From assembly GCA_003971905.1 (NCBI GenBank), contig RSEE01000011.1:1-64000 (forward strand): a DNA stretch of 64,000 bases. The letters are read 5' to 3'. Numbering within the stretch: position 1 is the first letter of the stretch; each line of letters opens with the position of its first letter. Below the pieces are notes generated by a model. It was not told the origin of the DNA and searched no databases. It saw only the letters and a list, made by a program, of their open reading frames with translations. Source of the stretch: Moniliella sp. 'wahieum'. Lineage: Eukaryota. Both the position numbers and the translations under genes were made by a program. Below, in pieces: positions 38,727-50,044 of this stretch.

Positions 38727-41700
38727 TCAGGCCGAGACCAAATTGGCTGTAAGGGGAGGAAGGATGGGAGAAACGTCGTTGTGGCACTCGATCTCGGCAT
38801 CGTCGACCGTGTGTGCCGTTTGTGGCTTGTCGGCCGTGCCGGCCTCGGTCTCGGTCTCGGTCTCGGCCTCCATCGCGCCCACCGTGTCCATCTCGTCCCA
38901 AAAGTCCGACTCGGAGACGAGCGAGCGGTCAGCGAGCCAATCGTCGCCATCGGCACTGCAGCTGGTACTGGCGCTGTCATCGTCGCTGGCCGGGGGCACG
39001 GGGAGCGTCGGTTCGCCGCCGGCGCCCGCTGCGCCCGGCACGGTCCATCGGTAACAGAGGTGGGTCAGGATATCGATGCACGTTTCGCGTGCCGGGGCAA
39101 ACGAGTGGGCTTCGCCGCCGTCACCGGCCATGGTGTGGGCCAGGACGCGGCGCGCGTAGTTCGAGCGAGGCGGAAAGTAAGTGGGACGGTGTGCCGTCGG
39201 CCGACGAGGGAGGGAAGAGTACCCGGCTCGCATCGCCTTGCGTACCAGCCAACTCGTGCGCCAACCCACGCAACAGCACCGCCCACCCCAGCGTAGCGCG
39301 CATCAGAGCAAACGCCCGCTCGTCCTCCGAGTGCGCCGGGTCGTCGCCGCCGGCCTTGGTGGCAGCGCTGCGCGGGGCGAGGAAGGTAGTCACTTCCTCG
39401 CCAGCCGCCGGACCCAGCACAAGACGAGCGCAGGCGTCCACGGCCAGGGTGGAAGTAGGGCAAGGGGGGAGCCAGGTCGGAAACGAGGGTGATCAGCTGG
39501 TCTTGCGCCCACCCAACTGCCTCGGGACGCGAGAGGAACGTCCAGGCAATCTTGGTCAGACGGGCGGGCGAGGTGGTACCAGGCGCGGTGGCAGCCAAGA
39601 CATCGGAAACCATGTCTTCCATCGCGTCCCGCTGCCGCGCGTCTTCCAACACGGAAAACGACAAGGGCCGAAGGAATGCACCTGGGTCCATCGGAGCGCG
39701 GGGCAAGCAGTCCGACGAGGCATTGATCTTGGTTGCAAACTCGGTGAGGAAAGCCTTGAGCGACACGCCCCCTTCCATGTCCCATGCGTCGTCCCCCTCA
39801 AACCCATCCTCCACGGCATCCCAATCGGTGCGCCAGGAGAGCGTGCGGGGCAGGCGCGTGCACCAAGGCGGAAAAGGAGGTCCAGACGCGCTGAAGGGTG
39901 GCCATGTGCATCCTGCTGGACAAGACGAGGGGGGGTGGCGAGGTACGCGCTCGTCGCCGCGGCTGTGGACGCCGTAGCAGCAGCGAGAGAAGTTTGAGCA
40001 GGCACCATAGCCAAGGCCGAGTCGAGGTCGAGGGCCAAAACGGGCTGAAGCCAGGAAGGCACTGAGTTGGGCGTCTTGCACGCGCTCGAGCTGGCGTAGG
40101 CAACCTGAACACGGACTGCGTCCCACCTCGACGTTGCCAGGCCACGCAGCCACCGGCCAAACGTGTGCTCTGTCTTGGCCATGCGTCCCATTGCCAGTGC
40201 AGCGGTCGCCTCGACACGGAGCGTGCTGAGCCGAGTGCTGGTCAAACCGATCCAGACGAGCCCGGCGCAGCGTGGTGAGCAGCGTGTGCACCCGAAGACT
40301 CAGCGCGGGCTCAGCAAAGGGACCAACCGATGTCTCCAACTCCAGCAGGCGTAGCCAGGCGTGGGACGAAATCTTTGTCTCGTCCGGGTCATCGTTGATG
40401 CCATCCCCTTGCGTTTCGTTTTTCGGCGCTTCCACCTTCCGGGGAGGGTAGAGCGAAGCGAGGCAGCGATCGGGGAGAGAAAGCAGAGAAGAGCTCGTGG
40501 ATCGCACCCCAACGGCGGCCAGACTGGAGCGCGGGGCATCCAGGTACGTACGCAATGCTGCATCCGTGTCGGCGGCGGAGGACCGTGGGGTAGCGAGTTG
40601 AGACAGCAAAACAGCACGAGCAGTCTGTTCCTTAGGCACCGACCTGGGGCGCAAGTAGGCATGGCAAAGATGAGACACGCCCCGCACCCAGAAAGGAGCA
40701 AATAGAAACGATCGCACAAGCAACTCCCAACCATACCCGCAAAGGAGAGGGCGATGGAAGAGGGAACGATCGTCGACGGTGCTGGGGCTCGGGGCCTGCC
40801 ACACGCGATTGTCAACCCAAGTGATGCCCAAAAAGGCGGCCATCATGTACATCCCGGCGGAGCCGGTTGCAGTGGGTGACGTCGAGGTACGCGATCCTTC
40901 GATACCGTGAGGCGAAGAAAGGTCGCTTCCAGTTTCCTCGTCCATACTCTCGGGCACGGCATCCAGGTCCAACAATGCGTCCTCAGCGGATGTAGGTTTG
41001 TCATCGACAACTGCGTCTTGGGATGTCTTGTTCTTGTCTTGGGGGTGACGGCTGCCTTCTCGGCGTCGCGCGTCGCGCTCGCGCTTGATAGCCTCCATTT
41101 CCTTGAGCCAAATGTCGAGCAACTCGTCGCCGCCTTGGAAGGAACAGATAAGTTCCCTGTACCCTTCAATCTCGAGCAGAAGATCGGTTTCACGTTGTTT
41201 GAGGTAGTAAATGTACTCGGTCGATTTGGTCAGAATGGTGGCCTTGTTAAGCTTGGTGGCCAGACTGATGCCATCAACCACTTGAATTGGCTTGTTCTTC
41301 GCCCGACTTCCCCGCTTTCTCTTGCCGCCGGCTCTCCGGCAGGACGAACGTCACGCAGAGCCGGTACCGCATTGCGCAAGATGGCGATGCGGTCATTGAT
41401 GTGTGTTGCGGTACCGACGCTCAATTGCATTGTGAGGTTCTTTGGCATTGGGATCGTCAGGGTCAAACTCATCATCGTCCAGGTCCAGAGGATCCTTTCC
41501 TTCCTTTTCAGCTTGCGCTCGCGCAGCCGCTCGCGCTGGGCCACCTTCGACCCAGGAGCAGGCAGCGGCTCCTTGGCCCACCGAGCTTCACGATCGCTGG
41601 CCAAACGCTTCAGGCCCTGAACCGCGACCGAAACACCAGCAAATTCTGGAGGAAACAAGGTTAGTAGTTCAGAGTGGGATCACACACACAACAATGGAAG

Positions 41701-42853
41701 TTATAGGGAAGATGACGCACGGCCAGGCTTGAGAACCCCCAATTCGGTCACAGGGGCTTCCGTCTTCTCCGGAGACGCAGGTTTGGCCTTGGACGTCATG
41801 CGGAGTTTGTGAGCGAGACTGGTTTCCGACATGCTCTTCTTATTGAAAGGGACCGTCGGCTCGGCCGAGAACGGGGTGGCCATCCCACCGGCCTTGGCAG
41901 CCATCGAGGCGAGGAGAGCAGGTGGGAGAATGGGCATGTTGGTACCATCCGCGGAGACGCGTTGCTTGGCAAGACGCTCACGAACGGCCGTGGCGAACGC
42001 GCCGCCGGCCGCTTGCTGGGTGGAGCAGCTGCCGCCGCCCAGGGTGTGAGAACGAGCAGTGCGGCGGCGAGCGGGCTTGCCCCCGCTCATCGCAGCACCA
42101 GGAGCAAAGGAAGCGGGGGTCTGGTTGTCGCACTGCGGCATCGTGCTCGCTTGAATCAGCTGGGCTAATTGGTGCGCCGACAAGCCCGGGGCCGGCATGG
42201 GAAATGGAGGAGGAACAAAGTTGGCCAGGCTTGCATCGGTCAGCGGGGGCGAAATGCCGGTTCCCCATGACGAAGGCGGAGGCGGGTTTGTGGGCGGTGG
42301 CAAGGGGGCGGCGGGAGGCATGCCAGGGATAGGGAACTGGTTGCCCGCTTGTTGGTAGTGAAGCAACATGTTCTGCAGCCAGGCCGCCGTAGCGTCTGGC
42401 GCACCCGGCGGGGTACTGAGCAGCTTGTGCCCCTGGCATCGAGCGCAGAGGGCAGGGAGTCTGGAGAGGCGGGGGAAGGTGCCAGTGGGCGATTGGTCGC
42501 ACAGATGGCTGTCAACGGTGGAGGAGAGGGAGCTGTCGGAGGTGTCGGTGTTGAGGAGAGGGACTGCGGGTCAAGGCCCAAGTTGGACAGGTCCGAGTCG
42601 CTTGCCGAAGGAGCGGACGGGGAGTCGGACGCGGTCTGGCTGGGCTGCATGTCCACCCCTCGAGTGCCGAGGCGGGCCAGGCGGCTGGGGCATGTCGGAG
42701 CCCATGGTGAAGAGGTAGAGGGCCATGGCCTGGTCCAGTTCGGCTGGGAGCGGGCTGGAGAGCAGGCCATCCTGGCCAGACGAGGGCGTCGGGGGGGCGG
42801 GGCGCAGGCAAGCGGGGGCTGCTGGGCGAGGGCGTCGAGGGCGAGGGGTGCAT
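38727..42853 (-). CDS. SREBP/Sre1-type bHLH transcription factor with downstream hydrophobic segments; boundaries approximate
   Basis: Basic region HNAIERRYRN.INDRIAILRNAVPALR with the SREBP-diagnostic Tyr (about 41415), helix 2 KLNKATILTKSTEYIYYLK, hydrophobic stretches after the bHLH (about 40660-40850). Intron 41646-41720. Confidence 0.82.
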
Positions 42854-44533
42854 GGCGAGGGGTGGTGGGGGAGAAGCAGGAGGGGCGGGGCGGGGCTTGA
42901 CAGCCGGCGTGGCTGGGGGCGGGTGGGTGATGGGCGGCGGGGCGGGAATGGTGCGAGTGCGGCGGGGCGAGCGCCAGCGGCCGTGGCAGCGCGGTGGGTG
43001 TGAGTGGGCAGTGGGGACGCTGGCGGCAACCAAACCCACCTGCGCCCGCTGTGCTGGGGCAGATAGGACGATGTGGGAGCCACCCGCCCCGAGCCGGCGA
43101 GGACGCAGGATGCGTGAGGCGCACGATGTGTGATGGGAAGCCAGTCCCAAGCAGGCGTGTGAAGCATGGGAAGCTCCAACGCACGCGGGCAGCGACCAGT
43201 GAGCAGGGTCCGGCACGGGTGACGCTGGCGCTGTGCTGGGCGCATGCAGCATGCAGCATGCACGGCGCGCTCCGCTGTGGTTTCAGCCGCTCAGCATTCA
43301 ATTGAACAGCAACTGACTCTGGCCGACTCAACGCGCGCGCGCATCGCAGCCGCTGCGGATTGGCCTATTTGCCCTCCCCCCACCCGCAGCCCATTTTGCC
43401 CTGCCCTCGCCGCATACGTCCACCCGTCCAACCAGCCTGCTCGGCTGGTTGTGGTGCGGTGCTGCCTGGGTAGTCCCAGCACTTGGATTTATTTTCTCCC
43501 GTCTCTCACACACACACACGATCATCTCATCGATGGATCATCCCTCCAGCGCCACTGGCCCCCTCCTTCCGCTGCCGATCTCCCGCAACTCGCGCTCCCA
43601 GCACCCAGCGCCCATCGCCCTGCTGCCCCCTTGGGCAGTCCCCCAAGGGTGATGCCGGCCCATTACCATTCCCGCCGAGGATGGCACGTTGAGCACGTGT
43701 TGAACGTTGGTTGAAAATGGACGGGCACAACAGCTTCTTAGCACCGTTCCGCTCGGTCCACTGCCTGATCTCCGAGTCTCAATCTCATCAGTGGTACTTG
43801 GTCCGTACCTCGCAGTACGTGCAACGTTTAGCGTTGAACGTTCACGCGCACAGTACGTTCCCGCTGCGCGGGATCCGCTGAACGTTTGAACAAACAAAAC
43901 TGGTCCTGGCGCCCAGTGCCGTGCCCATCCAACGTATCCAACCCGAGGACAGGTACGGAGTACCACTGAGTCCTACTGGTACCCTTGCATTGTATGCTTG
44001 GCAGGGCAGCGCAGGGCTTGGAAGGCCGGGTGGGCCAGGGTCGCCCAGGGTCGCCCAGGGTCGCCCAGGGTGGCAACGTGGAAGGACGCCCACCATGCAG
44101 CTCGGGGGGCGGATCAGCGCTCAGCGCGCCCCGGGCACCAGAGGACCCTCGAGGCACTGTGCCGTTGGGCGCGTGCCGCCGGGGCACGCCTGTGCCGACG
44201 CCGGCGAATCGATCACCGGTCAACCATCTCATCGACCATGCCGATGGCGCGTAGGGCGCCGGTCGCAGCAGGGCGCGGTGCCAGTGCGGCGCCACCCCAA
44301 CCCAAATGAGCCCATCGGGCACCTGTCCAGGCCGGCCAAACGAGCTGCATGTCACATGCCCCCCGTCGCTTGTCGCCCGCCGCGCCGCTCTCTCTTCCGT
44401 GCGCCTGCGCTCAGCTGGCGCTGAATGGCCTGAATGGGTGTCGCTTGTGAAACGGAAAACAAACATCGGTGCAAATGTTCCCAATCATTCCAATGTGGTC
44501 GTGCTGGATAACTGGGGCTCTGTAATATTAAAT

Positions 44534-44620
44534 TCTCCGATAGTTTAGTGGCTATGACACGTCCCTGTCACCGAGCAAGGAGGAACGGACGAGACCCGGG
44601 TTCGATTCCCGGTCGGAGAG
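44534..44620 (+). tRNA. tRNA-Asp(GTC) with a 15-nt intron (44571-44585)
   Basis: Acceptor stem TCTCCGA/TCGGAGA, anticodon stem CGTCC/GGACG, loop CT-GTC-A, T arm CCGGG-TTCGATT-CCCGG, discriminator G. Oligo-T Pol III terminator at 44624-44633 and an AT-rich upstream element. Confidence 0.95.
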
Positions 44621-45065
44621 TCCTTTTTCTTTTGCAAAAAAATGCTATGGAGCCAAACCAACCCCTACTGCGAGCTCACCGCGTTTCACGTCCTGAGGTC
44701 CCCCTCATGGCCGCGAGAGGGAAGCTCACACTACATCCCGCGCCATACAAAGTCGTAAGCGTCGCATTAGGCAATGGAGGAGCAGGTGGTCAAGGGCAGC
44801 ACAAAAAGATGAGTGTGGCGGGACCCTCTTATGCGCTCAGCGAGGACAGAGAGGCAAGGAACCCCCCCCATATGTAGATGCAACAAATCAGGTCATCAGT
44901 CTCTGTATAAATAGGAAGGCCAACGGTGGTGGGAACGCAACCACAAGCATGGGCAAGCCAACAACCGAGGGAATGGGAGGAGGGGGGGGGGGGGCAGGGG
45001 CAAGAGCAAGGGCATACTCATCCGCAAGGCAATGCAATGTAACGAACGCCTCCTCCAGCCTCGTT

Positions 45066-48000
45066 TCAATTCCAGAGGGGGCAAACCAACCCCCACGATC
45101 CATCTGCCCCGTTTGGAACTCGTTGTCGGCGTCCCACTCTTCTGCCGGCGTCTGGGTCGCATCGCCTACGGGGACGACGCACGATAGCAGTTTGGCGCAG
45201 CCGAGCAAAATTGACTGGCTTGGTCAGCCAACCGTCGAGACCGTCCGAACGGAGCGTCTCGCGCAACGTCTCTTCCAGCGTTGCGCTGACGGCCAAGATG
45301 GGGACGCGGCGACGCGGCGACGCGCTTGACGGGACCGGGTGCTGAATTTCGACGGCTCGGATCGCACGCGTGGCACCTTGGCCATCGAGCACAGGCATCT
45401 GGAGGTCCATCAGCACCACATCGATATCTCGATTGGCGGTGAACCGTTGGAGCGCCTGTTGGCCGTCCTCGGCCTCTTCCACCGACGTGTGGCCATCCAT
45501 CACGAGCCGCTTGTTGAGAATCATCCGTTCACCGAATTGTCATCCACAACCAGGATTCGTAGTGGCGGGGTGGCCTTGGGGCGTTTGGCTCGGTCCCCAG
45601 CCTGCTTGGCTGACACAACGGTGTGGACACCGGTCGCACTGGCTCGGCGAGCAGCAAAGTCGGGCCGCTTGGGAACCTTGAGCGTCGGAGCAGGTGAAGC
45701 CGACGGTGCATTGCGCGCGTCAGGAGCCACACGGTTTCCAGCCGACCGGCGGGGGCCACACCAATTTGGGTTGGGGAAGACTGAGGCAAGGAGAGACGCT
45801 TGTCCCCATCTGCAGATGCAGTAGGGTGCATCGACGACGACGCACCGAGCGCGGCTGGGACGGGGCCAGTCTGTTGCTCGATCAACGCCGCTGATTTTGG
45901 CCCCGACACAGTTCGTATCACAGCGGCAGCGGTAGTGGGAGGGCAGGGTGAAAGGGAGATGAACTTTCGTCAATCGAGCTTTGACGTAAAGTAGGTCGAG
46001 CGCCAGGACGGAAGGAGGCATGGAAGATCCCATGCTGGGAGCCCATGGGCTGATGGGATCGGCCAGCAAAGTGAGAGGCAGGCGAAGGTAAGCGTGGTTC
46101 CCATGCCTTCTTGGCTATCGACCCGAAGCTGGCCCTTGAGTAGCTTGACCGTGTGCGCCACGACGGCCAAGCCGACCCCTAGACCGTCCTTGGACTTTTT
46201 GGGTTCGGGAACAAACGAGGACTGGCTCGTGGCCCCTGTTCTTCCTTCCAAGGACGTGAGACACCAGGATCATAGGTCACTTCGGCATGCGTCACTGTCG
46301 GTGCACCCACCTCCACCTTGATCGTCTCCACTTCTTCCAAGGCACGGAAGATGGACTCGAGCAAGGCGCGCGGCATGCCTTTGCCATTGTCGCTGATCAT
46401 CAGCTCGTACACTGCCATGGGCGAGAGCAGGACTTGGCGTCCGTGTCGACGGGCTGGGGGAGCTGGTGCAGCTTCACCTCGACGGTTCCCGTCTCCGACC
46501 GCCGAGTTGGCAAACGAGTTGGAGAGAACGTTGATGATGAGTTGGCGGATGCGGCACCGATCGCTAACAACCAAGGCGTATCGGCGTTGAGGTTGGTGAC
46601 CAAGTTGATGCCCCGCCGGCTGGCTTCGGCTTCAAACAGCTGCACGGCATCTTTCACAGCGCCACAAGGTCAAAGGTATCGAGCGAACGCTGGGGCCGTA
46701 ACCGACTCTTCGTCGGCAGATAGACGGGTGAGGTCGAGCAACTCATTGACAGTATGGAGCAAGGAGCGACTGGCAGAATACTGTTGCGGATGTGCTCTTT
46801 GGCCTCGGCGTCCAAGGGGCCATCGAGGGTGAGTTCGAGAAAGCCAAGGATCTGGTTCAGAGGCGTGCGCACATCGTGGCGCGCTTGAGAGAGGAGGCGG
46901 GAAGTAAGTTGGGTGAGCCGGGTGGCCTGTTCTTCTTTCTTTCCTCCATATGGAGATGAAGCGGCCAAACGTGCGAGATGGTCTCAGCCGCATCCAGATC
47001 CTCTGCGAAAACGCCAGCGACTCGTCCGCAATCGTTTGCATCCACACTTAAAGCTCTTCCGCGGCTCCAGCTCCGAGTTGGCATCGGTCTCGGCACCACC
47101 GCCAGGACGATAGTCTGACTTGTACGGTTTCCAGCCCACCGGACATGCTTTGTCTGAGGCTTGCGCATGAAGCACATAAAGTCCGTCCCGGACCCAGAGA
47201 GGGGGATGAGAATGAGGCCAGCGATCGAGGTGAGCTGAAAGGGAAGAACCATGTCGGTAAAGCACTTGAGCACATTTGACGTGGACAGAATGGTCGTGTA
47301 CCGCTTGAGACGAAGATATCCGGCCAAGCCCAACACTTCTTGGCTTGAGTCGAGGGGGCCGAGGATCTTGACCTCCTTGCCCATACTGATCACACCATGT
47401 CCGCACGAAACAGGTGGAAGAGCTCTTCGGGGTCCGAGTTAAAGTAGCCTGAGGGCCATCGTCGCAGGCCGCGACATGCTCAACAAATCCTGCCGGTTTT
47501 GCAAGCGAGCCGCCAGGGTAAGCCGCTCAATGTGTTGGCTGATCGAGTCAGCCAAAAGACAACAAGCCGACGAGCGGAAACGCGATTCGCTTGCCGTGAG
47601 GCCCATAGTTGTGCAGCGCAATCAATCCCCACAATTGGCCAAACGCCATGAGACTCAGGCTCATACTCGCGCGTACCCGCATGTTACTCAGATACTTGAG
47701 GTGGATTGGTGACATGGCCCGCAACATGCAGTGGGTCATGTCGAGGGGTGGGTCGCGCAGCAGAAAGCTACAAGACGAGCGGTGGGCTGGTCCCGATCGT
47801 ACAACAGTCGAATGCGATTGATCCGGTACAGGTCTCGAGCTTGTGGGGAATGTCTGTCAGAAATCGGAGGCCGAGTACAGGTCGTGAGTGTCGTCCATGA
47901 AACGAGTTCGGTTACGACTTGGCCATTGTAGGCATGGTCAAATTGGTACACCATCACTCGACTGTACCCAGACGTTACCTCGGCCAGGATGCCTACAACG

Positions 48001-49661
48001 ACACGGGGCAAGTCGGCAGATCCTTGGCGGCAGCCAGTTGTTCGTTGGCTTGGAGCATAATCGTAACTAGGTCTACCTCCTTGGATTGCTTGGACCTTTG
48101 ATGGGCCCGGGAGCGACGTGCACTAGTAGACATAGAGAGCGCACGCAAGGGCTTGGCCCCCGAAACAGTGGATTGCTGCTTTTGAGCCTCGGTCGGGAGG
48201 TACGGTTGAGACTCACGTCCTCCTCTTCTTGAATCGACCCTTGCTCCTCGGACAGATTAGGCAAAAGGTTGGCATCGGACGGGGTGAAGGACTCCAGTCG
48301 CGGCCTCCCAATGCTCTGCCGCGATAGCGATGAAATGCCGTCGCTAGTGCTCACAGTGCTTGCCAAGCTTGAACTGGTCTTGCGATTGAATGGTTGGGCC
48401 AACATCGATTGGGGCGCATGGCCGCTGAGGCGGTTTCGAGCGGATTGAGATGATCATTGACCAGTTCTAACTCGAGCACCAAAGTGGCTTGCCTGTCCTC
48501 CGGTGCCGCAAGAGGGGTGGGTGCCGTGTGCAACGCAGCATAACAAGCACGGGCTGGCATTCCTGCGGGACCTGGAATGGAAAGCTTGAACTGCTGCGGG
48601 CCAGAATGGACCACTCCTCCCCCGTCATTTCTTCAGCAACGTCGACATGAAGCCAAGCAAGTCCGCCTGTTCATCGTCGAGTAAGTCGCAAATGAATCAA
48701 GATCAAAGATCCTGGGGGTGAGGCCCAGCAGTTTTCTCCACGTTCTCCGAGACGAGCTGGACCTTGAGTGACCCTTCGTCATCACTCTGGAGAGTGATCA
48801 GCACACCATAAGCCTTGCACAGCTCCAGGAGCGTGGATGGGCTGTACAGCGAGTTGATGGAGATGGAAAGGTTAGTTGCAGGCTACCACAAAAGCGGATG
48901 TATGCATACCTCGTCCCGGCAACGGTATATTTGGTTTGACCGACCGTCGAGGATCATGTTTCCTTCAGGGTTTGAATATGCTTGAAGCGCGATGTGGCAA
49001 CAGATCATCAAGGTGGTCCTTGGCCTCGGCTTGTATCGTCCGCGGGTGGAAGTGGTGTTTACTAAGGGGTTGACAGCGTGACAAGAGGCGTAGGCAAGTC
49101 GGGAGGCTTGGCCGAGCATTCGAGGGTGGGACAGAAGTACTTTGTATGCTCCTTCCTTCTGGGCGCCAACGTCGCCTGCGGCGTACGTGTTGCCTATCCA
49201 GGCAGATACGTCGGTGGGGATACAGGTTGGGCTGCGTGTAGCGCATCGAACGAAGCGGAATGGCTGCCATTAGGGAAGGAGGCCATAGGCGGGAAACATC
49301 TGGAGCATGGCCGCACCGTCAAGGCGCCAGAGCCCGTGACAGCCGCGCCGTCGTCAGAGAGAACATTGGTGGAGCTGATGGCTGGCTCGGGCAGCAGGGC
49401 TGAGTTGGGGCTCCTCCATTCATAGATGCCAGCGGGGAGCTGGTCGAGCGGTACAACCTGACGGCGCCTCCCCGGGGCATGCTTCGGCGAGAGGTCGGGC
49501 CAAGAGGGCGCCGCGGGGGTAACGGACACAGCAGAAGAGAGGGAAGATATACCCGCCGTCGGGGCGGGATGAGGGGAGGTGTCGAGGCGAGCAAGGCGGA
49601 ATGAGTGATGCGACCTGCATGGGGGCCAGCCGTGGCGAGAAGAGTCTGGCTCCGATGGCAT
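45066..49661 (-). CDS. Fungal phytochrome (PAS-GAF-PHY-HisKA-HATPase-REC hybrid histidine kinase); boundaries approximate
   Basis: YRCRDE|PIHAPG (bilin-binding Cys), RVMVYQFD, TDIP.QARDLYRINRIRLLYDRD, LRAMSPIHLKYLSNMRVRASMS, PHY tongue LEPRKSF, HDVRTPLN, ISDNGKGM, GLGVGLAVV, LRILVVDDN...VVLMDLQMPVLDG...KP, terminal GGWF. Confidence 0.93.
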
Positions 49662-50044
49662 GTGTGATGATGCAGATGATGGCCCGGAATCGATAAGGGA
49701 AAATTGGTAATCGGCAACTGGAGACGCCGAGAGGAGGACAGCTGGCGGTGGTGGCACTGATGAGCGCTGAGCTGAGCACGGCGAGAGTGGGGGTGGTACC
49801 GCGGCCGTGGTGGTACGTATGATCGATCACTTTGATCGTTTTGAATATGGCTTGGCAGATGATCGCGATTCGAGTGGCACATATCAACGTTCAACTATCG
49901 TCGTCTAACGCCTGCTGGCGCTGGAGGGCTACGGAGCGAGGAGCGGGGCGACAGTATTCTGATGGGGTTGCGATACACGTTTGCATCTTTTTCGCCGGCC
50001 GTGCGCTAGCTTCACGGCACCGCCACAGTCCCCCATCTCACGCA

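Noticed and set aside
45066..49661. Bacterial contamination or recent horizontal transfer of a bacteriophytochrome
   Set aside because: It has a spliceosomal intron, a long Ser/Pro-rich N-terminal extension and a fused receiver domain typical of native fungal phytochromes.
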